A stretch of 64,000 nucleotides of DNA, from the NCBI GenBank assembly GCA_965217775.1, contig CBDCJH010000002.1:4224001-4288000 (forward strand). Direction: 5' to 3'. Made by a program: the position numbers and the translations under genes. Source of the DNA: Acidobacteriota bacterium (GTDB taxonomy: Bacteria; Acidobacteriota; UBA6911; RPQK01; JAJDTT01). Positions 46,958-55,293 of this stretch are shown piece by piece. How positions within the stretch are numbered: position 1 is the first letter of the stretch; each line of letters begins with the position of its first letter. The notes under the pieces were generated by a model. That model ran no database searches. It was not told the origin of the DNA and saw only the letters and a program-made list of their open reading frames with translations.

Positions 46958-47914
46958 TCAGGAGATGTTCGCCGCCCGTCCGGGATTCCGGATCAGGATG
47001 GCGTCCAACGCATCCTGTCCGACCCTCTCCCGCTGCAGTCGCGGAAGAAAATCGCTCCAGAAGAAATCGTAACCCCTCCCGCCGTTGGCCCGCAGGTGGG
47101 TAAGACGGCAGGTATCGGTGGCCACCAGCAACTGGTCCTGGTACCCCAACCGGACCAGCGAGGCCAGACGGCGGGCCCGGATCTCATCGGTCGGGCAACC
47201 GGGCCACTCATCGACCCAGCCGATGAGATCGAACTCCACGTAGGCGCCCCGCTCCAGCATGGGCAGGTAGTACTCCAGGTCCTTTTTCTCAGCGTCGTGG
47301 TAGTGGGCGTCGCAGTGTCCGATGACCACCCTGGAGAGATCGGCTCCCGCAGCCTCCAACACGTTCAGTTGGGCGTGGCCGGCCCGGCCCAGGCAGGCAT
47401 GGGTGGAGATGAGCGCGCCCGTCCGCTTCTGGGCCCTGGCGGCCGCCTGAAACACCCGGGTCTCGCCTTCCGTCAGGCGGTATCCGGCGAAATCAGGTTC
47501 AGGCCGGTTGTGGCTCCCGATCTCGCCGATGAAGCCGGCGGGGATACCCGCCCCGCCTTCCTCGATCTCCCGAACGAAGAAGTCCTCGATCTGATCGACA
47601 CTGGCCGTGTGCAACCACCGGGGATAACTGTCTTCCTGGTAGAAGGCGATGCCCCGAACGATGTGTACGCCGGACCCTTCGCTGATCCGGCGCAAGGCCA
47701 CGGCGTCTCCCTCCAGGTCCACCGGGGTCACCTCCAGAATGCCCTGGCCGCCGGCTGCCGTGAACGAACCCAGTTCGCGGACGATCAACTCCCAGTCCGT
47801 CATGGCGTTGTCGAGATTGCCGGAGTGGCGGGCGATATTGCAGTAGAGGTGCTCGTGGGCCAGGGTGGGTCCGATCTGATCTTCCTGGATTTCGCCGAGG
47901 ACGGTGCGGATCAT
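46958..47914 (-). CDS. Phosphotriesterase-family amidohydrolase (Php-like)
   Basis: IRTVLG, TLAHEH, FIGEIG (Glu bridging ligand), ISTH, VVIGHCD, ATD. Confidence 0.9.
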   Translation of the reverse strand: MIRTVLGEIQEDQIGPTLAHEHLYCNIARHSGNLDNAMTDWELIVRELGSFTAAGGQGILEVTPVDLEGDAVALRRISEGSGVHIVRGIAFYQEDSYPRWLHTASVDQIEDFFVREIEEGGAGIPAGFIGEIGSHNRPEPDFAGYRLTEGETRVFQAAARAQKRTGALISTHACLGRAGHAQLNVLEAAGADLSRVVIGHCDAHYHDAEKKDLEYYLPMLERGAYVEFDLIGWVDEWPGCPTDEIRARRLASLVRLGYQDQLLVATDTCRLTHLRANGGRGYDFFWSDFLPRLQRERVGQDALDAILIRNPGRAANIS

Positions 47915-47948
47915 CGTTCACTCGAACTCAAATGGAGGCCGGCTGCGG

Positions 47949-49052
47949 TCAGATTCGCTCCAGATGGGGGTCGACCTCGATCACGGGCCTGGAGAGGATT
48001 CGGGAAAAGATCAGCGCCAGAACCAGCACCAGCGCGACTCCGAACACCGCAATATAGATGAACCAGCGGTTCAGGTTCCGGAAGGGCGAAAAAACCTCTT
48101 CGTAAGGCTCCTGTACCACCAGGATCCAGTCCAACTCCGGCATCCGATCCTTGAGGCGAAACTGCGGCAACCCCAGAAAGACGCGGCGCTCCTCCGCCGG
48201 CAATGCCAGGACCTCGGTCGCCTCGACGTAGCGCCGGCCTGAGTCGCCCAGGGAGACAGGCTCGTCGAATCGATAGCGAACCGTCCTCTCGGGCCCCAGA
48301 ATTCCCGTGCCGTCCGAGGCGATGAGCACGGCTTCCGAAGTCGGCCCCAGCCGGGTCGAAGCCACCACGGCAGAGATCTCGTGTGCATCCGCGATCGCCT
48401 TGATCACTCCAATGACCTGGTTCGAGGCGGGATCTCGAATCGGATAGGCAATCTCCATGCCATAGACGTTGGCGCTCTCATCGAACTGGATGTCTCCGTA
48501 GAAGCTGTTGCCCTGACCCTCCTGATAAGCGTATTGCCACCACCGCTCGTCGGCCTGGAAGTAGTCGCTCGTCTTGTTGCTGGCCGCGACCAGACGCCCC
48601 ATCGCATCCGTGACCAGGATCTCCCGGAAATCGGCGGTGATGTTGTTGAACTTGCGTACGAATCGGGACGCCTCGTTGTTCAGGATCCCGGACTGCAACC
48701 GGGAGTCTTCCGGGTCCTGGGTCAGCCAATCGTCTTCCCTCTCCTCCACTTGGCTGTCGAGCTCCGTCCCTTCCAGCCGGTTCCGGTTGGACTCGGACAC
48801 GGCGTCCAGAATCTGGGACACCCGGGTCAGATTGCCCACTTCGTTGCTGATCCGTTCCACGTAGTTCAAGAGCTGGGTCTGAGCACTGTCGGCCGCTTCG
48901 CTGAAGTGGTTGGCCACCACGTCGGTGTAGGTCGTCCGGGCTCCATTGATAAGGACCACGTGCCCGATCACCAAGGGTGGAATCCCCAACAGCAGAAAGA
49001 GAATCAGAATTCTTGGCCGGATACGTATCTTGGGTTCGGTCTGCTCCGCCAT
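47949..49052 (-). CDS. Membrane-anchored dCache sensor-domain protein without cytoplasmic output domain
   Basis: TM1, EILVTDAMGRLVAAS...DYFQADERWWQ, FDESANVYGMEIAYPI, WILVVQEPYEEVF, TM2, then only ~15 residues. Confidence 0.82.
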   Translation of the reverse strand: MAEQTEPKIRIRPRILILFLLLGIPPLVIGHVVLINGARTTYTDVVANHFSEAADSAQTQLLNYVERISNEVGNLTRVSQILDAVSESNRNRLEGTELDSQVEEREDDWLTQDPEDSRLQSGILNNEASRFVRKFNNITADFREILVTDAMGRLVAASNKTSDYFQADERWWQYAYQEGQGNSFYGDIQFDESANVYGMEIAYPIRDPASNQVIGVIKAIADAHEISAVVASTRLGPTSEAVLIASDGTGILGPERTVRYRFDEPVSLGDSGRRYVEATEVLALPAEERRVFLGLPQFRLKDRMPELDWILVVQEPYEEVFSPFRNLNRWFIYIAVFGVALVLVLALIFSRILSRPVIEVDPHLERI

Positions 49053-49211
49053 GGGGCCCACCTCCGGTTTCTGTATGACGCGGCAGGACTTCCACCACGA
49101 ACTGCTGAGACTCATTTTACTCCTCGGGGTGAACCGGATCAATGGAGGGAGGGTCCCCGGCAAGGCGATATTAGGCTGAATCGAGCGCCCGAAGACTGCC
49201 AGAGAATTTCT

Positions 49212-49242
49212 TGTTGAAAATGAATTTCAACATCGGTAGTAT
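49212..49242 (+). promoter_or_regulatory. Fur-box-like palindrome overlapping a sigma70 promoter
   Basis: TGTTGAAA-ATGAA-TTTCAACA (49212-49232, perfect 8-bp arms, AT-rich); -35 TTGAAA (49214-49219), 17 bp, -10 TAGTAT (49237-49242), pointing to the TonB receptor. Confidence 0.72.
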
Positions 49243-49549
49243 TCGTTCCGCAGTCCCAGGATTCGGCCAGAGTCCTGGAAAGAATGAAGGAGGCAGCCAA
49301 GAGAAATAGGTGAAGGGGCTTGACGCAAGAGCCGGGTCGCACGTGAGTTTCCGCTCCCCGACGACCCGGACTCCTGCTCGCCATACAGCCGCGAGAGAGA
49401 CTCGGGCGACCGTTTGACCCTTTGATTCTACCATTACCGGTAGAGTCCGACGACGCCAGACGGCGCGCCCGATCTCCCTCCGGCTCTCCGTCGCCGGGAA
49501 GCCCCCCGGCGGCAAACCGAATAACGGCACCGTTATGAAGGAGAGCACC

Positions 49550-51817
49550 ATGAGCAACACGGCTCGAATCGCGATCGGAATCATCTTGCTGATCCTGTCC
49601 GCTCCGGACCCACTCGCGGCCCCGGACGGCAAGGCTCCCGTGGAAGGAACGGTAATCGACTCGTCCGGCCGGGTCCTGGTGGGAGCCGACGTGTTTCTCC
49701 GGGATCTGGACTCCGGACTCGAGATTCACCAGGTCACGGACAATGAGGGCCGATTCCAGTTCCTGGCGGAGAGAGGGCGTTGCCAGGTCACCGCGGCCAT
49801 GTCCGGCTTCGACAGCACGACTCGAGAGCTGAACCTGGAGGAGAGCGGACCGGCCGACCTGCGGCTCCAACTCTCCCCCGCCCCTCTGGACACCCAGGTC
49901 GTGGTCGTCTCCGGCTCCCGGGAACAGGAGCTGATCGAGAATTCGACGACCAAAGTGGACGTCATCCCCAAGAGGATGCTTCACGACTCGGGATACGAAA
50001 CGGTGCGGGACGTCCTCGCGGAGGAACCCGGAATCGTCACCCGGAGCGGCGCCTCCGGCAACGTCTCCGAAACCCAGATCCAGGGAATCGACTCGCGCCA
50101 GAGCCTGATCCTGATCGACGGCCTTCCGGTGGTGGGCGCCAAGGGGATCAAACGGGGCATCCTCAATATGGACCGGCAGTCGATCGGCCGCCTGGAGCGG
50201 ATCGAAATCGTCAAGGGCGCCTCCTCGGCCGTCTACGGCTCCGATGCCATCGGCGGCGTCATCAACATGATCACTCGCGAACCCCGGTATCCCCTGGAAG
50301 CCAGCGTCACCACCAGCGGAGGTTCCCTGAACCGTTTCGACATGCGCGCGGACGTGGGTTTCGTGAAGGACAAGTGGAGCGGTTTCTTCGAGGCCGAGCG
50401 CCACAAGCAAAATCCCTTCAACCTGATCCCCTCCCGGTTCGGCACCACCGGATCCGGATTTCATCGTTACGACTACCTGGGGAAGCTCGGCTACGAGTTC
50501 TCGGAACGCTTCAAGCTCAGGGCCACGGCTCACGCCTTCGTCAACCAGGACAAGGGAGCCTACTACAGCGAAGCGGGTCCCACCGACAGCATCACCGACG
50601 ACACGGCCCAACACTACGCCCTTTCGGCGGACGTCGGCTTGACTCCCCTGACCCAGTGGAACCTCCGGGGCTTCTACGGAAAATACGACGAGAGCTCGGT
50701 TCTGGACGTCCTGCCCCAACCGGGCCCCATCAATTCGGTGGCCAATCTCAATCAGCGCCTCTACCGCTTGGACAGCTCCATCTCCCATGTCCTCGGGGCG
50801 CACCAGTTGCTGCAGGGTGGAGTGGAGTGGACCCAGGATGAGTACCGGGGATTCAACCGCGTCCTCGGGGACAATGACGGCCAAGGGATCGACATGGTCG
50901 ATCTCTGGATCAATGATCGCATCTCGCTCCACGAACGGTTCATATTGACCCTCGGGAGCCGTTTCAATCGCCACAACCTGTACGGGAACCACTTCGTGCC
51001 GCGCGCCAGCGGCCTGTTCCGGCTCGCCGGGAACTTCCGGCTCCGAGGTACCGTGGGCCGTGGATTTCGGTCGCCCGATCTGGGACAGCTCTTCTTCCGG
51101 TTCCAGAACCCGACGCACCACTATCAGGTGATCGGAAACACCCACCTGCAACCGGAGCGGTCGACCAGCTACCAGGCCGGTTTCGACTATGGCGCGGACA
51201 GCTTTCGCTTTGCCGCCAACTTCTTCCGCAACGACATCCAGGAGTTGATCCAGGCGGAGTACATCGGATTTCCCACCAACCCGGGGGAAATGCAGGGCCT
51301 GCTTCGAACTTACGGCATCGCGACCGAGTTCAGCCCCGCCCTTTTTCGCGCCTTCTACCTCTATCGGAACGTGGACAACGTCTATACCTCCGGCGTCGAG
51401 AGCAAACTGGAGCTGAAGTTGACCCGCAACCTGTTGATCTCTGCCGGGTACACCTACCTGGACGCCCGCGACAAGGCGACCGACGCCTTTCTCAGCGGGC
51501 GGCACCGCCATCATGGGAACTTTCGCATCTTCTACAGCTCAAACCGATTCGGCGGATGGCGAACGAACCTGCGCGGCACCTACTTCAGCAAATGGCCGGT
51601 TTCGGGCAGGGGAGGATTGCTGATCGGCGACGCACACCAGATCTGGGACTGGTACGTGGCCAAACCCATCGCCCGGGGAGTGGAGATGTATTTCGTGGTG
51701 GACAACCTGCTCGACAGCAAGGATCCCGGCCTGGACGCCAACAGTCCTTCGTTCTTACGTGCGGATCCGGGACGACTGATCCGCGTCGGACTGCGCTGGA
51801 GCTTCAACCGTGAGTGA
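49550..51817 (+). CDS. TonB-dependent receptor (CirA/BtuB-like) with N-terminal carboxypeptidase-regulatory-like domain
   Basis: AAGGAG RBS before ATG 49550; VVVSGSR TonB box, LILIDG, ERIEIVKGASSAVYGSDAIGGVINMIT, GNTHLQPE, DNLLD, GRLIRVGLRWSF. Confidence 0.93.
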   Translation: MSNTARIAIGIILLILSAPDPLAAPDGKAPVEGTVIDSSGRVLVGADVFLRDLDSGLEIHQVTDNEGRFQFLAERGRCQVTAAMSGFDSTTRELNLEESGPADLRLQLSPAPLDTQVVVVSGSREQELIENSTTKVDVIPKRMLHDSGYETVRDVLAEEPGIVTRSGASGNVSETQIQGIDSRQSLILIDGLPVVGAKGIKRGILNMDRQSIGRLERIEIVKGASSAVYGSDAIGGVINMITREPRYPLEASVTTSGGSLNRFDMRADVGFVKDKWSGFFEAERHKQNPFNLIPSRFGTTGSGFHRYDYLGKLGYEFSERFKLRATAHAFVNQDKGAYYSEAGPTDSITDDTAQHYALSADVGLTPLTQWNLRGFYGKYDESSVLDVLPQPGPINSVANLNQRLYRLDSSISHVLGAHQLLQGGVEWTQDEYRGFNRVLGDNDGQGIDMVDLWINDRISLHERFILTLGSRFNRHNLYGNHFVPRASGLFRLAGNFRLRGTVGRGFRSPDLGQLFFRFQNPTHHYQVIGNTHLQPERSTSYQAGFDYGADSFRFAANFFRNDIQELIQAEYIGFPTNPGEMQGLLRTYGIATEFSPALFRAFYLYRNVDNVYTSGVESKLELKLTRNLLISAGYTYLDARDKATDAFLSGRHRHHGNFRIFYSSNRFGGWRTNLRGTYFSKWPVSGRGGLLIGDAHQIWDWYVAKPIARGVEMYFVVDNLLDSKDPGLDANSPSFLRADPGRLIRVGLRWSFNRE

Positions 51818-53087
51818 CCGCTCTCCAAAAGAGTCCCCAACCCAGCAGCCGAAGGGCGAGATGAGACCAACGTCGCGCCACTCACGCCGGGGATTTCTTG
51901 CGGCCTGTCTGGCTGTCCCCTGCTACGCGGCCCAGTGGACGGGGTTTCGGGGGCAGGGGACCAGTCGGGCATCGGGAGCCGGCTACCCACTCGAATGGTC
52001 CCCCGAGAAGAACCTGGCGTGGGACGTGCAACTCCCCGGGTACGGCCAGTCCAGCCCGGTGGTCCATGGTTCGCAAGCGTTTCTGACGGCGTTGGAAGGC
52101 CCTTACAAGGAGACTCTTTCGGTCCTGTCGCTGAGTCTGGAGACGGGAGAACTCCTCTGGCGGAGGAACTTTTCTCCGACCCAGCGGGTCAAGGTCAGCA
52201 ACATGGTCAGCAAGGCCGCCCCGACGCCCGCCGCGGACGCCGACTCCGTCTATACCTTCTTCGAGACGGGGGAATTCCTGGCGCTCAGTCACGCCGGCGA
52301 GCTTCGCTGGCAACGCAGCCTGGTCCAGGAGTACGGCGAGTTCCAGGGGCGTCACGGCATCGGGAGCTCGCTGCGGCTGACGCGGAAAGGCGTCCTGGTG
52401 CTGGCGGCTCACAGCGGCCCCAGCTTCCTGCTGTCGGCGGACCAGAAAACAGGGGAGAACCTCTGGAGAAGCGAGCGGCCCCACGGCATCGCCTGGAGCA
52501 CGCCGGCCGTCTGCCGGCACCGGAACGAAGAGATCATTCTGGCCGGAGGCGGGGACCGGCTCGACGCCTTCCGCAGCCGGGACGGTAGCTTGCTCTGGAA
52601 CCTGGACGGGTTGGAAGGGAACCGGGTTCCCTCACCGACCCCTTTCCCGGGCGGCGCCATCGTCGGCTCCAGCAAGAAGGGACACAACCTGTCCATTCGT
52701 TTCCCGGGCAGGGACGAGGACAGGCCTTCAATCATGTGGAGAGCCGCGAACGCGAGCACCTATTTCTGCTCGCCGCTGGTCTATCGGGACCAGGCCTACT
52801 TCGTCAACAAGGCCGGAGTCGCCTATTGCTTGAGCCTGACCAGCGGAGAAGAGCTCTGGACCCAGCGGCTCCAAGGCCAGAACTGGGTCTCCCCCATCGG
52901 CGCGGGAGACCAAATCTATTTCTTTTCCATGAAACGGGGAACCGACGTGCTGCGGGCCTCGAGCCGCTTCGAGAAGCTGGCCGAGAATCCTCCGCTGGCC
53001 GGCGGGCGCCTGTACGGCGTGGCTGCGGCCGATTCCGCTTTCCTGATCCGTTACGGAGAGAGGCTGATCAAGATCGTCCGATCGTAG
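51810..53087 (+). CDS. PQQ-like (BamB-type) beta-propeller protein (start 51810 or 51861)
   Basis: WTGFRG, LPGYGQSSPVV, TGELLW, AAPTP, WSTP, SPLV; SRRGFL Tat-like motif. Confidence 0.87.
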   Translation: MSDRSPKESPTQQPKGEMRPTSRHSRRGFLAACLAVPCYAAQWTGFRGQGTSRASGAGYPLEWSPEKNLAWDVQLPGYGQSSPVVHGSQAFLTALEGPYKETLSVLSLSLETGELLWRRNFSPTQRVKVSNMVSKAAPTPAADADSVYTFFETGEFLALSHAGELRWQRSLVQEYGEFQGRHGIGSSLRLTRKGVLVLAAHSGPSFLLSADQKTGENLWRSERPHGIAWSTPAVCRHRNEEIILAGGGDRLDAFRSRDGSLLWNLDGLEGNRVPSPTPFPGGAIVGSSKKGHNLSIRFPGRDEDRPSIMWRAANASTYFCSPLVYRDQAYFVNKAGVAYCLSLTSGEELWTQRLQGQNWVSPIGAGDQIYFFSMKRGTDVLRASSRFEKLAENPPLAGGRLYGVAAADSAFLIRYGERLIKIVRS

Positions 53088-53111
53088 CCCCAATACTAAG
53101 GAGAGACGACC

Positions 53112-53339
53112 ATGTTGGATCAATGCCAAAAATATGAATTCCAGGTTCTTTCAAGGCGGGAAAATTTCGGAGTCGTGGCCCAATGCCCCAACGGCTGCAT
53201 TCACGTCTGCGTGGGAAACACCGCCTTGAGACTCTCGACGGATCAGTACTGGAAGATGATGGAACTGCTGGCCGAATCGGCTCAGCAGATTGCCGGCCAG
53301 GACGCCGCCAAGCAGAACGAACAGCAACTAATCCAGTGA
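53112..53339 (+). CDS. Small Cys/His-motif protein, possibly metal-binding
   Basis: 75 aa with AQCPNGCIHVCVG..ALRL; AAGGAG RBS; co-oriented inside the operon. Confidence 0.7.
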   Translation: MLDQCQKYEFQVLSRRENFGVVAQCPNGCIHVCVGNTALRLSTDQYWKMMELLAESAQQIAGQDAAKQNEQQLIQ

Positions 53340-53459
53340 AAACGGAACTATCCAGCGACCAAGCGTAGACAGTCCGTCTCTTGCTTGGAGCAGGCCTGAT
53401 GGAGCGGAGGCCGGCGCGGACGCCGTGTCCACCTGTTCCCACGAGCCAGGAGATCAGAT

Positions 53460-55136
53460 ATGAAGAATCGAAGCCTTATCGGATCCCTTTTGGGATTGGT
53501 CCTAATGACGGGATCTCTGCATGCCCATTTCATCTGGGCTGTGATGGAGAAAACGGAAAGCGGCAATCTACAAGCCCAATTCTACTTCAGCGAAACCGCG
53601 ACCCCGGACTCTGCCGAGTTTCTGGATCGTTTGACCCGGTTGCAAGCGTGGCATCGCACCCCTGAAGGGGAATACGCGCCTCTCCAGCTCCGCAAGATCG
53701 AAAGCGATGACGGTGGCTTGCTCGCCGGCGCTCTGACTTCGGGCCGGGGCAACATCGAGGCGGAATGCCTCTACGGCACGTTCTCCCACGGCGGCCAGAC
53801 CATGTTGCTCCACTACTACGCCAAGTCGCTCAATTCGGACGCAAGCGACGGCCTCAGGCGCTCCCGGAAGCTGGATCTGGACGTCTCGCCGCGGCTGGAG
53901 AACGGGGAACTGCAACTCAACGTCTTCTGGAAGGGCAAGCCCGCGGCGGACTCGCAAGTCATGGTGACGCCTCCGGACGGGAAACCGGTGGAGCTCACGA
54001 CTGAAGCCGACGGGACGACCCGTCTCAAGTCACCGGTACCCGGCCGCTACGAGATCCGGGCCCGATGGATCGTGAAGGAAGCCGGCTGGTTCGAGGAGGA
54101 GAGGTACGCCGAAGCCAGGCACTATTCGGCGGTCACCTTCGATACGTCTTCGTCCGTTCCGGACGACTCTCAGGCAACTTCCGGCGCGGGAACGACCGGG
54201 AATCCCCGGCTCACCGACCTTCCCAAGGGAATCACGAGTTTCGGTGCGGCGGTGATCGGCGATTGGATGTACGTCTACGGCGGACACTTCGGCCGGGCTC
54301 ACCACTACTCCAACACCAGTCAATCCGACCAGCTCAGCCGCCTGAATCTTAGAAAGCCCGGAGACTGGGAGATCGTTGCCCAGGGTCCACGGCTGCAGGG
54401 ACTGGCCATGGTGGCCCATGGCGGCAAGCTGTACCGCGCCGGCGGATTCACGGCCCACAACGACGAGGGCGATGAGCATGACTTGCGCTCCATAGTCGAG
54501 TTCGTCCGCTTCGATCCGGAGACGGGAAAATGGGAGTCCCTGGCCGATCTGCCGGAGCCCCGCTCGTCCCATGACGCCGTGGTGATCCAGGACAAGCTTT
54601 ACGTCGTGGGGGGCTGGCGGCTCGGCGGCGAAAAGCCCGTTTGGCACGAGACAGCCTGGATGGCGGATCTGTCGAAAGAAGAGATCGCATGGACTCAACT
54701 CCCCAGCCCACCCTTCCAGCGGCGTGCCCTCTCTCTGGGACACCTGGACGGCAAGCTCTTCGTCATCGGGGGAATGCAACCCAAGGGCGGCCCCACGACG
54801 CGAGTCGACGTCTTCGATCCGGCCAGCGGCAAGTGGTCGCAGGGGCCCAGCATGATCGACACCCGTGCCGACGCCGACCGGGGCAAGGGGATGGAGGGCT
54901 TCGGCGCCTCGGCCTATAACCTGGGAGGCCGACTCATCGTCAGCACCTACAACGGCAATGTCCAAGTCCTGGGGACCGGCGACGGCGAGTGGACGATCGC
55001 GGCCCGGCTCCAGGATGACCGGTTCTTCCATCGCATGCTGCCGTTCGAAAGCCGGCTATTGCTCGTCGGCGGCGCGAGTATGCGGAGTGGCAAACGCCTT
55101 CACTTCGAGACGGTCGAATTATCCAGCCTCAGATAA
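53460..55136 (+). CDS. Secreted DUF4198-like domain plus Kelch-repeat propeller fusion
   Basis: Signal LHA|HFIW; FSE, HYYAK, LDVSP, WKGKP, TEADG; Kelch repeats YVYGG, YRAGG, YVVGG, FVIGG, LLVGG; AGGAG RBS. Confidence 0.85.
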   Translation: MKNRSLIGSLLGLVLMTGSLHAHFIWAVMEKTESGNLQAQFYFSETATPDSAEFLDRLTRLQAWHRTPEGEYAPLQLRKIESDDGGLLAGALTSGRGNIEAECLYGTFSHGGQTMLLHYYAKSLNSDASDGLRRSRKLDLDVSPRLENGELQLNVFWKGKPAADSQVMVTPPDGKPVELTTEADGTTRLKSPVPGRYEIRARWIVKEAGWFEEERYAEARHYSAVTFDTSSSVPDDSQATSGAGTTGNPRLTDLPKGITSFGAAVIGDWMYVYGGHFGRAHHYSNTSQSDQLSRLNLRKPGDWEIVAQGPRLQGLAMVAHGGKLYRAGGFTAHNDEGDEHDLRSIVEFVRFDPETGKWESLADLPEPRSSHDAVVIQDKLYVVGGWRLGGEKPVWHETAWMADLSKEEIAWTQLPSPPFQRRALSLGHLDGKLFVIGGMQPKGGPTTRVDVFDPASGKWSQGPSMIDTRADADRGKGMEGFGASAYNLGGRLIVSTYNGNVQVLGTGDGEWTIAARLQDDRFFHRMLPFESRLLLVGGASMRSGKRLHFETVELSSLR

Positions 55137-55209
55137 CCCACTACCGTCGGGTGAGGAGTGCCTCTGCCGGGCGGGGTCCGGCGAAATCCGGGAAGAAACA
55201 GAGGCTGCT

Positions 55210-55274
55210 TGGGAGTGGCGGCTTCCAGTCGCCGATTCCAGGGGGCTTGGGGGACTACAAGTCCCCCCTCCCAG
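55210..55274. repeat. Inverted pair of GGAG-type REP-like palindromes
   Basis: TGGGAG-TGGCGGC-TTCCA-GTCGCCG (55210-55234) facing GGGGGAC-TACAA-GTCCCCC-CTCCCAG (55249-55274), between convergent genes. Confidence 0.7.
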
Positions 55275-55293
55275 CAAGAACGACCGATCCCGT

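Noticed and set aside
49243-49549. Cobalamin riboswitch upstream of the BtuB/CirA-like receptor
   Set aside because: The conserved B12-box elements (GGGAA...GCCACTG...AGYCAGRAGACC) were not found by eye; kept only as an unknown structured leader.
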